A stretch of DNA of 64,000 nucleotides, from the NCBI GenBank assembly GCA_012026655.1, contig JAAILG010000131.1:1-64000 (forward strand). The letters run 5' to 3'. Every line of letters starts with the position of its first letter. The stretch's first letter is position 1. Under the pieces are notes generated by a model, which had not been told where the DNA came from, searched no databases, and saw only the letters and a list, made by a program, of their open reading frames with translations. This DNA comes from Hydrolagus affinis. Taxonomy: Eukaryota. Below, one piece after another: positions 38,260-50,730 of the stretch. Position numbers and translations under genes: made by a program.

Positions 38260-39177
38260 GAGGGTAACCAGGTTTTGAAAATTGAAATACGGGACACTTC
38301 AATTTGTCTTCCCAAGCGCAAGCTTGTCGTGCGGAGTGAGGCTATCTGGGGGGTCCTGGGGCAGAGCCCCTGGCGGGGGTCCAGGGGGCAGAGCCCCTGG
38401 GGTGGGGGGGGGCAGCGCCCCCTTTCCGCTGAGAAATTTCTAGAATTTGAACTTAAGATAATGGGTTTTCATGAGTTTTACAGGCATGAAAAGTAATTTG
38501 ACATGACTGCTGGGGAGATAACCAGGTTTTTAAATTTGAAATACGAAACACTTCAAGTTTGACGTTTGCGCGCAATGATTTTTCAATTGTCATCATGAAA
38601 CAGGTCACTCTTTCAGCTCATTTCACAGTAATTCCAGACTGACCGCGCCTTAAAAAGATCAAGGTGTGTGTACATGAAAACAAATATATAGACTTTGTTT
38701 ACACTTAAAAATGAAAGAAAAGTAATGTACCAAAGAACACTCCAGCCATGGCTGGTTGTACATGTAGCTACAAATGGGATAATAGTGAGATGAGTGAGTG
38801 AATGGGGTTATGTAATGTAGTGGGTGGGTGAGTGAGTGAATGGGGTTATGTAATGTAGTGGGTGAGTGAGTGAGTGAATGGGGTAATATAGTGTACTGTA
38901 GTATAGTGAGTGATGTACTGTGGTGAGCTGCTGTGTGCCGCTGACCTCCCGCCTGCAGGTGGCACTGTAGGGGGGCAAGTGAGTGAGGGAGTAAATGGGG
39001 TGAGGTGGGTGGGTAAGTGAGTGAAGTGAGTGAGTGGGTGAGTGGGTGGGTGAGTGAGTGAGTGAGTGAGTGAAAATACGGGACAAAAAGCGTCCCGGGG
39101 AGGTTCGATACAGGACGCGGGACAAATGATGGAAATACGGGACGATCCCGTAAAATACGGGGCTCCTGGTCACCCTG
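38260..39177. mobile_element. Non-autonomous hAT DNA transposon (Blackjack-like TIRs), 918 bp
   Basis: TIRs GAGGGTAACCAGG / CCTGGTCACCCTG; 8-bp TSD CCTGATCT (38252-38259) / CCGGATCT (39178-39185); subterminal AAATACGGGAC repeats; no transposase ORF. Confidence 0.85.
38785..39072. repeat. (GAGT/GGGT)n microsatellite and ~38-bp minisatellite inside the hAT element
   Basis: GAGTGAGTGAATGGGGTTATGTAATGTAGTGGGT repeated; source of the THSL-rich ORFs. Confidence 0.9.
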
Positions 39178-39479
39178 CCGGATCTGCCTGGATTTGAACA
39201 CGGGTCTCAAGCTTGCGAGGCGAGTGCTCTAACCACTGGGCTACAGGAGCTCCACAGTGTTGGAATGTTATTGAAGACATACAGTATAAGTTTCCTCACT
39301 CCTTGTAGAACTGTCATTCCAGCGATCAAAGGAACAAACAAAACAAACGATGAAAAACAATAGGATTTATATCTATCATTGTCGAATCCTCCCCTCGCTG
39401 TTCTCTCCAGCCTCTTGTAGGACATTTGTTTGCAGCTGTTGGCATTTAAGTTAATCACCAATTTCAGCCCCTGAGCCTG

Positions 39480-39800
39480 TGCCAGGCGAGCTCCTCACTG
39501 ACGCTTTCGGGGTGAAACATGCGAGGAGCAAAGTGATAATGATCAGACTGTTGAAAAATGTGGTTGAGTCTGTGACACTGCCCACTCCCTGGACACTTCC
39601 TGACTTTGGCTAGGCCTGAGCTGAGGCTGCAGGTGGCTGGCTGTCTTTGGACTGTAGGCGTTATTATAAAATAAACCGTGTGAAACAGTGAAGCCATTTC
39701 AAAGGAGGTGGAAACTTGCTAATAAGGGCAGTCAACAAACTGTCTTATTTTGCTCTTATCAGTGAAGTGTTCTTATCAGTGAGCAGCTCTCACTGTGAAT
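39480..39800. promoter_or_regulatory. Candidate GATA/RUNX/ETS/E-box enhancer
   Basis: TGATAA 39534, TGTGGTT 39559, ACTTCCTG 39595, CAGGTG 39630, and TCTTATCAGTGA twice (39754, 39771) in unique sequence. Motif matches only. Confidence 0.4.
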
Positions 39801-40142
39801 TTAGTTAACGTCAAGGGACAAGGCAGTGAAAGACTTAAAAAGTGGTGTGAACAGCGAGTTTCTCTCGTTACCCACAGGCTCCACACAGTGAGTTTTTAGT
39901 TGTACAGTACTTCAGTAAATTCCTATAAATAAACTTCGGAATGCAAAATATTTTCTTTCCATAAATACACCCATGCCACCAGCGGAATGACATCAAACAG
40001 GAAAACCTCACCTGGAATTAACTCGTTTTTGTTTGTACCTGTAGGTCTTTTCACGGATTTGCAAATGTATGAATTTTCATACAGGAGGAAGCATGTAAAT
40101 TAATTAATCAAAGCCGTCTTTTACAAAGCTGCTTTTTACAGT

Positions 40143-40530
40143 TTGGAGCCCCCATAGCATGGTTGTTAATGCAGTTGCCTCGCAAGCAAGAGGACTCAGG
40201 TCTGATGCCTGGGCGGGGCAAAATCTTAGGCAAGTTTCCTAACTGCACACGCCTTTGTTTACCTAGCAGTAAATAGGAACCTGGTTGTTAGTCAATTTAC
40301 AGATCGCTTCCGGGGTTAATAGTTAATAATAATAATAATCCCTCCTCCCAAAAATGGGTCACTCAAATCCAAGACTGTATGTGGGACACTGCTTTTTCAC
40401 TATTGGCTAACACAGTTTGCTTACAAAATATACAGTCAATTCACTTTACAATATACTCTGTGAAGCACTTTGAGACGTCTCAATGAGGTGCTATATCCAA
40501 TGCAAGGATTTTTACTTATTTATTATTACA
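40143..40530 (+). mobile_element. CORE-like SINE (long variant)
   Basis: Contains TGTTTACCTAGCAGTAAATAGGAACCTGGTTGTTAGTC...GATCGCTTCCGGGGT. Confidence 0.85.
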
Positions 40531-41044
40531 AACAAATGATCAGACTGAGTGTTGTTAAGAGAAGCATAACCCCTGTACAGCTATCAGTTCAGCTTTACCA
40601 GTTAATATTTCATCCTCATAGAGAGGTTTGCTCAAGCAAGAACTGCATGATTCTATCAGTGCTCCTGTAAGCAGTAACACACATGGTGATTCCCACATTA
40701 AATTGCAAACTCAGATCTCTCTGCTCCTCAGGCACAAACATGGAAAGCACACATGTTTTTGTGTTGTTTGTACTTCCAGTATTCCAGCCCAATTTCAGCA
40801 AAAATTTAGTAACTCATAAAATATTGATCGAAATCTGATTTTATGATGAATGTGGAAAGGATATAATAATGTGTGAAAAGCTATTTAATTCCCTCTGGTA
40901 TAACAGGAGGATGCATTCATGTATTCTTGCAGTCTTGGCATTCTGACAAAATCTGACTGTATCTTAATAAAAATAGCCATGTGTATATAGGATTTTAAAT
41001 TGGATTGAGAAAGTAACTCCAGAATAATCATTTCTGATCAGCTA

Positions 41045-41575
41045 ACAACAATTATTTAGCATTTATATAGTGCCTTTCATGCTGGGAGGATATCTCAAAC
41101 TGCGTCACACAGCTGACTGGGAGCCCGAGATGGGGGTTGGGGGTAAGATGAATTGGGGAGAGCAGGAAGGAAGTTCAATGGAGCAAAAAAGCACTGGTTC
41201 AGGTTTGTAAAGGGCAATTTGAGGGCAGACATACAGGATAATTGATGACTGGAACAGATCATCAAGAAGAATCCATTCTGCCTTCCCCCAACTCCGCAAC
41301 ATAGCCAATACATCTCCTATCAGGTCACCAAGACCCCCATCCAAGCTTTCATCGCATTGTGGCTTGACTATGCTGATTCCTGCTTGCCGGACTTCACAAC
41401 TCTTTCCTCTACAGGATGCAGGTTATTCAGAACTCCGCAGTTTGTGTGCTATGCCCCACTAAGCTCCGTGAGCCAACCACCCCCATCCTTGCTCAGCTTC
41501 ATTAGCTTCCCATCCCCCAGAGGATTGAGCTGAAAACGTTCCATGGTCTTTCACCTTCCAACCTCTGCGACCGAT
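41045..41575. mobile_element. L2 pieces in opposite orientations (3' tail minus at 41045-41180; ORF2 remnant plus at 41270-41575)
   Basis: CAACTCCGCAACATAGCC (QLRNIA), ATTCAGAACTCCGCA (IQNSA) and CCCATCCTTGCTCAGCTTCAT (PILAQLH) on the plus strand. Confidence 0.75.
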
Positions 41576-42054
41576 ACCAAGGTCCTGTCTACCAGTTCAG
41601 GTGTTCATCAAAGCTCTGATAGCACCAATTGAAAAGAGATTTTACCGAGTATCTGGACAATTCTTACTCTGTCTTCCAAATCCAGTTACTCACACTTTCT
41701 GATAATGCTTTCTTCTCAACATCTCAATCTCTAAGTCACTGATTACAATTTCTCTTATACTGTACTGCTAGCTCCTGTTTGCCCTCAATCTCTGATGTTC
41801 CCTGACCACAATTTCCTCCCTCGCACGTAGGCATCAAGTCATAATGTGTGTCAGCCTGGCTCGCACATAATCTTTCAGAGCTCAAATACAATTGGGCTGC
41901 CGTGTTTGCCTACAAATGTAGTAAATCTCTCATTTACTGTACGCAGGGTATCCAGATTCATACCTAGCTGGACTGGGCCTGAAACAGAATTTTAAGAAAA
42001 AGTTTATGTGAGCCCTCACACCTGTAGACCGCATCCACCATCCCCATCTCCTGA

Positions 42055-42350
42055 TGCAGCAATGTGTAACTCAGTGGTTAGAGCACTTGCTTTGTGAGCA
42101 AGAGACCTGGGTTCATTTCCCAGCAGGACAAAATCTTGGGCAAGTTTCCTTGCTCCACATGCCTAATAATCGCTTGAAAAAAATAATAAATTTGTCATTT
42201 TCAATCAACGACACTGCGAATTGGCTACCGAGGTTCGCCCACAAATATACAGTCAATTCACTTTACAGTATATTTTGGGAAGCACTTTGAGACATCTAGA
42301 AGTTATGAAAAGCACTATATCAAATACAAGGATTATGATTACAGTATTAT
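42055..42350 (+). mobile_element. CORE-like SINE (short variant)
   Basis: Head, body and tail all present. Confidence 0.85.
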
Positions 42351-42459
42351 TACCACCAGCATATTTTGGTGCCAGATTTTATCAGTGGTGAAATAAGATG
42401 ATAAAACCGGTACAAGCATTGTAATTATATTCAGCTGGAATTCCAGCTCGCCGATTGAT

Positions 42460-42860
42460 ACAACAACAACAACTTTGATTTATATAGTGCCCTCCATGCC
42501 GGGCGGCATCTCAGGGTGCTTCACAATAACGGATCCTGGGGTGAGCCAGGGGCAGGGGGAAAAAGATGACCGAAGCTGCGGTCGAAAAGAAAGGTCTTTA
42601 GCCGAGACCTGAAACTAGGAAGAGAGGGGGCGAGGTGAAGGGAGTGAGGAAGGGAGTTCCAGAGCTTCGGGGCATAGTGGCTGAAGGCACGGCCGCCGAT
42701 GATGGAGCGGAGGACTCGGGGGCAAGGAGGAGACCAGAACCAGAGATCCAAGCTGGAGTTGGAATGAGGACTAGTGAAGGGCTCAAGCAAGACAGTGAGG
42801 TGAAGAGACTGTGGGACAGAGTTCCAAAGGTTAGGGGTAGAGAGGCAGAAGGCCAGGCCA
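42460..42860 (-). mobile_element. L2 3' fragment (second tail type) plus an adjoining L2 piece
   Basis: IGGRAFSHYAPKLWNSLP...SFRSRLKTFLF, typical of the L2 ORF2 C-terminus. Confidence 0.9.
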
Positions 42861-42952
42861 CATTTACTTACTTTGACACTAACACTTTCAGCATGCAGAC
42901 TCATACATGTTAGTCATTTACTTACACCTAGGTTTTGTTACACCTTGCTCAC

Positions 42953-43248
42953 CTGGAGATTTTTTCTCATGTATTCTTCTCCGAGCTGGAATCCTGTCAC
43001 TGCTGGCCTCAACTTCACAATGAACCGTACAATGAAATCCTGACTTCAACAAGTCCAAGACTGCAAGTCTCCCATGGACGCTTTGTCCACTGTGAATGCA
43101 TGGAAATCTCCTATCAGAAGCGGCATCTAGAGAGTCTGACCCGATTACATCACAAAAGACGCATGTCAAACATTGCCAGAAATTCAGAGTCCAAAAAATA
43201 AAAGCAGTGATAGGTTGCCACTCGTCCATGCGGGGGTGGGGAATGTGT
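42953..43248 (-). other. Candidate exon A (296 nt), possible ATG at 43229
   Basis: Acceptor ATTTTATTTCAG|ACA; donor CAG|GTGAGC (exon end 42953) and an in-frame alternative GGT|GTAAGT (exon end 42926). One frame is open throughout; unique sequence; product unrecognised. Confidence 0.45.
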
Positions 43249-43829
43249 CTGAAATAAAATGCCATTTACAATGCTTTAGAGAAAATAAAGCAAGGATAAT
43301 GACGGCATCACTGCATGGGAAGAGGGTAAGAGCTAGAATGGATTACTGAGGTTGTCAATTTGGCAATTGACATCAGTAGATGTAAAGTTCAGCATCAACT
43401 GCACATATTAATTGCTAGGCTCAGTACAGATCCGAAGTCAGCACCCTCAATGATCTCATCATCATGTGTTGTTTGAACACAAATTATTCAAACAAAAGAG
43501 ACCAACATGGAGACTGCAAAACAGAAGGTGGTGTAATTCTGGGCTTCAGTTTGAATCATGAAAAGGGCCCTGATAATGGAACTCTCGTTAAACAGAAAGA
43601 CACAAATATCTCTGGAAGATTCTTACTGGAAATAAAAGGAATGAAACAAGCTCTCCCCTCTCTTGGCTTGATAAAGCTTGGCCTTCTCTTGCTTGCTGTC
43701 ACTTCTTTGTTCTCTCTCTCTTTCTCTTACTTTAAGTGCTAATTTGGCTCAATTGGTAGCACTCTTGTGCCTGAATCACACGTTTGTAGGTTAATGCCTC
43801 ATGCTTGGAAATGCGCTCATGGTCTCTGC

Positions 43830-44050
43830 CAGGGTAGTCCAACCTTTTGGCTGCTGAGCCCTGGAAGCTGGGTTTGGGAGGTGACCATGGGCCACATAAG
43901 CAATATTTTATCCTGATTGGCCAATCCCATTGCCAGGCAGAGTGTGAGCCCCCGGTGACTATCTCCTGATTGGCTTGGAGACTGAGTGTTGCTTGTAATT
44001 ACTTGTGAATGAAATTGGAAATGGCTCATGGGCCAGATGAAATCACCCTG
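43830..44050. mobile_element. Decayed hAT (Charlie-like) MITE inserted in a Deu-SINE head (43745-44090)
   Basis: CAGGGTAGTCCAACCTTTT ... ATCACCCTG ends; flanks GTCTCTGC / GTCTATTG form a degraded 8-bp TSD. Confidence 0.55.
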
Positions 44051-44638
44051 GTCTATTGTAATCCTCAAATACAGTACTGAGGGAAGGCTGTATGTAGCTG
44101 AGATCCTGCAGGAACAAAGGGGAACAGTAGGAGGCTATCAAGCCTATTGCTCCAATCCATTACATCTTTTATTTTCAATGCCCTTCTCTTTCAACATACT
44201 GCTTAATAACTACAGTACTATCCAAGTATGTATCTAGGTCTCTTTAAAATAACCCAATTGATTTGACTTCTGGAGCTTTCTGGAGAAGAGCATTCCACAT
44301 CTTCCCAAACCTCTGTGTGAAGAAATGTTTCTTGGCCTCAATTCTACTTGTCTTACTTCTAATTTTAAAGATGTGCCCCCTATCAAAGTAAGGTAGTCAA
44401 AGACCATCAAACCTGTCAACTTATTATTTTATTTTAAATACCTCAATCAACTCACTGTGGTCCAAAGGTGGAGAGTAATGATCCTATGACTCAAATTCTT
44501 GAAAGGAGAAGGGAGTATCTCCTGGTGAACTGCGAACAATCCTCATGATAAATAATCAGACACCTGCTACCTGTTTATGGGATCAAACCAAAACCAATTG
44601 ACTGCTATGCTTGGCTATTAAAATATCTCTATACTTTA

Positions 44639-45375
44639 CAGTATAGGTATCCCTTCCCGACCGTGGGGGATATGTTCCTCTAAACCTCCGTGGTTGGTAA
44701 AATTGCGGTTGGAAAATGCAGGGCCCTATAGGAAACATGGAGATAGGGGGAGTACGTTTATTTTTTCGCAGTTGGAAAATTACAGGGCTCTATGGGAAAC
44801 ATGGGGATAGGGGAAGTAAGTTCGCGTTTCGTAGAACTAAACACACAAAAAAACACATACGGGGGGGGAAGAGAAGGTGGGAAGTGGGGAGGAAGAGAAG
44901 ATGAAATAGAAAGAAGGTGAGAGAGAGAATGGGGTTGGGGGAGGGGGGGTAGGGGAAGAGAAAGTGAGTCAGAGAGAGAAGGTGAGAGAGTAGTGGGAGT
45001 GGGGGAAGAGAAGGTGAAATAGAGAGAAGGTGAGTCAGAGAGAGTTACACTTACACAGAGAGAGAGATCTGCAGATCTTGGCAGCCAATGCTCCCAAACT
45101 TACAATCTGGGCTGCGGAGAAGCAAAATAAATTCATGTTATTTACCTTAATCCTAAGAGAGAAGTGTTGTCGCTGGTTGATTGCAACATCACAACTGGGT
45201 CTAGCTAGCGAGAAGTGACATCGAGGGGTCCTAGCGCTAAACGCTAGTGTTAGTGTTAAAACCCGTGGATAAACAAAGGTTATAAGCCATGGTTAGCAAG
45301 GGTTGTCACATTTAGCAAACCGTGGATGCATGAGTTTCGCAGTTGACGAGGCCACGGTTGGGGCGGGGTTCATAC
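44639..45375. mobile_element. Tigger/MER2-like (pogo) non-autonomous element with an internal GA-rich tract (44865-45068)
   Basis: The left end TA|CAGTAT...CCCGACCGTGGGGGATATGTTCC resembles Tigger-type ends, and the right end CCACGGTTGGGGCGGGGTTCATAC is its imperfect inverse. Confidence 0.6.
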
Positions 45376-45905
45376 CCGAGCTAGCTCAGGGATGAGGTGG
45401 GGGTTGGAGGGAAAGGGGGGAGATTTGAGGTCACCGATGGGACTGTCGAAGAGGAGGGTCTTGAGGTGGGACTTGAAGGAGGATAGGGAGGGGGCAAGGC
45501 AGAGGGACTGCGGGATGGAGTTCCAATCAGAAGTTGGTGGCTGAAGGCTCGCCAGCCAATGGTGGGGTGGGTGGGTAAGGGGATATGAAGCAGGCCAGAG
45601 CCTGCTGAGCGGAGGGGGTGGGCAGGTTAGTAGGGAGTTAGAAGGTCACAGAGATAGGGTGGGGCAAGGCTATGGAGGGCTTTGAAGGTGAGGACCAGGA
45701 TGTTGAATTGAATCCTGATGGGGAACCAATGGATGGCGGAGATGGGGTCACAAAGCTTGGAGCGGTAGAGGACATGGGCCACAGAGTTCTGGATTATCTG
45801 CAGTCTATGGAGGGAGGAATTGGGAAGGACAACAAGCAGGGCATTGGCTTAGTCGAGCCGGGATGTGATGAAAGTGTGAATGAGGTTTTAGGTAGGGTAT
45901 CAAAG
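45376..45905 (-). mobile_element. L2 3' fragment lacking its terminal tail
   Basis: Colinear with 18640-19140. Confidence 0.85.
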
Positions 45906-48900
45906 TGACTTTGGGATAGAGTGACATTTCTCTTCGAGTGAGCCATTGTGAAAGTATGATTGTCCCTAAACAAACAACTTGGTGTAAAAACGAGTTTGTT
46001 ATTGGTGGCTTGTGAAAAGCCCCGACTCGAGTCCTGCATTTTGTTGATGGTAACAATAATCCTTAGACTTGATATAGCACCTTTCAAATCAGGAGGACAT
46101 CTCAAAGCGCCTCACAGGATTTACTGTAATGTGTAGTGACCTTGTATTTTGTTGGGAGCAATTTGTAAAGAAAAAAATATTAACGCTTACATTACAGAGA
46201 GAAAAAAGTAAAATGAAACTTGACAAAAAGACAAAGTGAATGGGAATGAAGAGAGAATAAAGAGGAAAAATGAATACAATAGCTAACGTTTGAATTGTAT
46301 TTTTATCCAAAAAAACAGTTTTTGTTGCTTCTTGGTCATTTAGCGTTAGTATTATAGAAATAAAGTTAAATAAACATAAACATAAAATTGCATTTAAAAA
46401 TCATAAAGCCAGTTGGTAGCCAGGAATTTAATTTGACTCAGCAGAAGACTAAGGGATAACATTTGCATGGAGGATTGAATGTAAAATCATGAATTATTCA
46501 ATACTCTGCTATAAATAGTACTGCAGGCTAGTATTAACATTGACTATTGAATTACTACTAACAACTCATGGTGTTCGGGTTGTATTATGTGCGTATGATT
46601 GCTCAATTGAAGAGATTCCTGGAAAAGCTGCCAATCACATGCACTTTCTTACTGGGTGTTCCTTTAATAAACAAGGGGTTAATGAATAGCAGACATCTTT
46701 ACAAGGTCAAATTATGAAAGAACAGAATGAGGGAAAGAAAGCTGATGGTGGCTGATTGTGCTGCAGGGCCATAAACATCCACCATGACCGTGCTGCTGTC
46801 TCCATTTAAGTGCACTTTGCAACTACTTAGATGTTGCACTAGATTAAATCAAAAAGGATGAGTCATTTATACCTTCTTATGGGGTATGGTCAATGCTCAG
46901 TTGCACTTGCATATACCATCATAAAGTCTTTCAGGTCTCCCTTGCCCTAGGTAAGTTGGGAAATAGTACCAGTATCCAGAGTTCTGTATTTGTTCAGTCG
47001 GCTCAGCTTCATGCCTCAAAGCTCTCCGCAGGATTTTCCTGTAAAGTTTATTTACGGTATGTTGTAGGCAAATTTGGTTTGAATACTCTGAAGCATTGTG
47101 ATAAATTTTTTCAAATGTCAAACAGCTGGTTGACCCCCACCGCTCACCCCCATTTTTTCCCCCCCTGTAGAATACACTTCAATAATAGTAATAATCCCTG
47201 CAATGTGATATATCATATATTTGTAGATTTTCAATTACAAAATCCAGCCACTACACTTTACGGTATATCCAAAATTTTAATTTGTTTTAGATAAATAATT
47301 TGGTGTGTTAGCCAGAATCAGTCTAACACCATCACCTTTGAGTCATAACATTGTAGGTTCAAGCTCCAAGTTGGGATTTGGAATAACTCTAATGCAGTGC
47401 TGGGGATGTGCTACATTGCCGGTGATGAAGTGCTTTGAGATGCCCTCCAGAATTTGAAAGGCACTATAATTAATGCAAAAATTATCATGATTCTTATTTA
47501 TTTAATAAACAGCATACTGTATTAAACAGTCACTCTACTACACAGTGGACTTCACTGAAAGCCACCAGCGTGCTTTAATACTCAGACCAGTTTTCTTCCA
47601 CTCTGACTGAACCTACTACCGTTGCTTTGGTTTAGGTCAATTTGTTGAATGAACGAAGGCAGTGTAGAGATCAGCAAATGGACTGCAGTATTTTTATCTG
47701 GGATTTCCAACAAAAAATGATTTATCAGAATTTCACAATAATTCAGTTTTGATGTGTTCCTGATGAGTGTTGAACTATTTTGAATTTGAGTCAGTTAGTT
47801 AAAGGAGCACTATGTTCATCAAAACCATTTGGTGAACTTGATTGTGGTTAGTTGCACACTTAAAATTCAGTGATAAATACAGTCCAAATGTTTTGATCTG
47901 TGTCACACTCTGCAAGCACTTACATTTCTTACTTTTCTTATCCTTCCTCAAAATATTGCTGATTTTTTTTGTGAATGCTTTGCCCCTTTAAAGAACTGTA
48001 AAGCATAAAATAATAATAATAATCCTTCCACTTTATATAGTGCCTTATCACGTCTTTGAGACGTCACAAAGCGCTTCTCAGAATATCCAAAAGCTTTGTT
48101 TAAAATAATTAACATTTGTAGCCATTTATTTCATGGATATTTTCCGGAATGCTTTCGAATGAGACACGTATGGGCAAACTATTTTAAAGCAGTGTTCTGG
48201 AGGCATACACTGAGATCTTTGTGCTCAAACTAAATGTGAAAAAATTGTTGACTTCTGAGACAGAAAGTCAGCACTATGCACAGAAAGTGATGTTCAGTAG
48301 TGACCTGATGACCCTGAAATTATTATTACACGGCTCTGTATCAAAACGGAGAAAGTAATGGAGGAATATAGGAGAGCAGAATAGATCAGACTGGAGACTG
48401 ATGTGGAGCATAAACACTGTCATTGTCTAGTTGGGAAAAATGTGTTTGTTTTATACAGTTCGATTCTGTGTTAAATCCATTGTGCCATCAGAGAAGATTT
48501 TCTTTTACCATTAATTCTCATTCCCATTTTTTAAATCAGTTATTGTGGGCTGAAGGCTTTCTATTTGCTGATCTGTCTTATCTGGAACTGACTCATGATA
48601 CAAATAAATGGTTGGGGAACATTCTATCTCTAACTTCCCCTTGCATCCCTCAATGATTTATCTGATTGGAAGCTCGCTGTATGGGAAATTGCAGCCACAG
48701 ACCCATATGCCATCCACTCGATGGGCAGAACACACTTGCATATCAATGCTCTGTACTCCTGGGCTGCAACAGGAATGCAAATCTGATCTCCAGGACTCTG
48801 AGCTACAGAGTACTGTTCAATACAAAGAGCTCAGTGTGCTGCTGATTCATAGGAAAATAGTCTATGTGATGCTGGGACTCTTAAGTGTCAGTGAAAGCCT

Positions 48901-49534
48901 GTAAGGAGAACTGCCATGTTAAAGCTCCTTTTGTAAGGACTGGTAGATTATGCTTCATTCTAATAGTGCAGCGTATGGAGCTACTCCAGTAAAAGATTCA
49001 TAGTCACTGCTTGAAAAGCAGCTTGTACATTTGAACACTACCTGACCTGTAACATTTTAGTCACATTCGCGGCTTTGTCAATGGAGTGAGTGATGTTAAC
49101 ACAATTTGAATCTAATCATTAGTATCTACATCCATCCTGCAATATTGGAAATGAACCTCTGCTTTTAAAATAATATCCTTTAAGGTAAAATATGCCTTGT
49201 AATCATTAGGAGAGCGATGTCAACCGTGGACAATGCACCATTTTCTGATTTTTACCTCAGGTGTCAGCTTCAAGCACTTCAAGGTCAAGTGTAACATAAG
49301 TCAAATGCAGTAAAGCTCCCACCTCCCTGGAACTCCATCGCATAGTGCCTCTAACTCAACCCCTCACCCCAACGTTTAAAGCCTATTTTAAGATTACTTA
49401 TTTGACTGTGCTTTCTGTAATCTTTCCCCTCCCCCACCCTCTTCAGCTCCCAACATTAGCTGTATAAAGCCCTGTAAGACATCTTCCTGATGTGAAAGTG
49501 GGTATTCCAGCTCACTGGGGAGTCTGTAACCAGG

Positions 49535-49770
49535 ATTCTCAAGGATTGTGAGATTGTGGAACTCGCTGCCAGAAGCGGTGATTGAATCAGATAGTGTAGA
49601 TGCATTTGGGAGGAAGCTAAATCTTCAAGTGAGGGAAAGGGAAATCAAGGATATGGGAGGGAATAAGGAACGGGTGTAGTATCACTGTGGAGTATAAACA
49701 CTGAATGGTTGAGACATGTGGTCTCTTTCGATGCTGTACATTCTTTGTAAATCTTTGTAAGTCTATGAAA
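49535..49770 (+). mobile_element. CR1 3' remnant, preceded by an L2 3' remnant at ~49315-49500
   Basis: TTGTGAGATTGTGGAACTCGCTGCCAGAAGCGGTG...CTTTGTAAATCTTTGTAA tail. Confidence 0.7.
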
Positions 49771-50329
49771 AGCATTTTTAAAAATGTGAATTGTATGGTA
49801 TTTCCTATCCTAGAAATTTACCCTGATTCTAGAATGAGAATTGCACCTCCATTGCAGTTTTGACCGTCTCAATCCAATCTGTATAAGGTTCAAGGCCAAG
49901 GCATGTAGTTGACCATATTTGGCACTAAATCTTAAGCCTACAAAAGGGGGTGTGCATAGTTTGTCTCATTTCTGAGATAAGCCACTCAAGGTCAGGCGTA
50001 AAACGGGTCAAATCCAATTAAACTCCCATCTGCTACCCTGGCAATGTACCTACCTAGTTCAAGGCTCAGAATTAGACCATTAAATGCAACAGAGATTTTC
50101 ATTTTCAACATGAGTTACGTATACTCCCCACTGCGTGAGGTTTTAGATTAAAATTTAATTATGGACAGTTTTGTAGCATTGCCTTGAATCTTGAGATTGG
50201 TTTGAAACTATCCAAACTAATTACAACAACAATTTGCAGTGATGCAGTTCCTTTCAGATAGTGCTTCACAGAGATGGAGTGGTGGAGCCGCAGCAGGATG
50301 GGAGATAAAAAGATAGAAAGGATCCAACC

Positions 50330-50730
50330 AAACAACAACAACAATAAACAAAATTACATTTATAGAGTGCCTTTCAGATCAGGAGGATGTCCCAAGGTGC
50401 TGAACAGTCAGGTCGGGACCCGAGCAAGGGAGAGGGGCAGGGTAGGGGGGAGTGGCGGGAGGGAGTTAGGAGGGGAGGGAGTTAGGAGGGCAGAAAAAGG
50501 CACGGTCAAAGAGGAGGGTATTGAGACTGGCCTTGAAGGATGTGAGGGAGGGAGTGAGGCAAAGGGACTGTGGGATGGAGTTGCAGAGTGTGGGGGCAGA
50601 GAGGCTGAAAGCTTGTCCGCCGATGGTAGGGCGGGTCGGCCGGGGGCATGGAGCAGGCTGAACGGAGGAGGCGGGGAGGTTCATAGGGGGACAGCAGGTC
50701 AGAGACATAGGAACGGCCGAGAGGCCCAGT
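50330..50730 (-). mobile_element. L2 3' fragment
   Basis: PTIGGQAFSLSAPTLCNSIPQSL...SFKASLNTLLF; (TTG)n tail. Confidence 0.9.

Larger units (their letters stand above)
37940..39255 (-). mobile_element. CORE-like SINE split by a hAT element (plus an L2 tail at ~37968-38025)
   Basis: The body runs to 38259 and the head resumes at 39178 (GATCTGCCTGGATTTGAAC...CTAACCACTGGGCTACAGGAGCTCCAC). Confidence 0.88.

Noticed and set aside
38785-38890. Regularly spaced ~38-bp repeats (CRISPR-like at a glance)
   Set aside because: There are no unique spacers and no cas genes; this is a eukaryotic minisatellite.
38659-39210. 183-aa ORF, the longest in the track
   Set aside because: It is a translation of the (ACTC)n microsatellite inside a non-autonomous hAT element.
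46935-46950. Plus-strand 16-nt micro-exon (TTTCAG|…TAG|GTAAGT)
   Set aside because: It is isolated, not a multiple of three, and has no supporting plus-strand exon chain.
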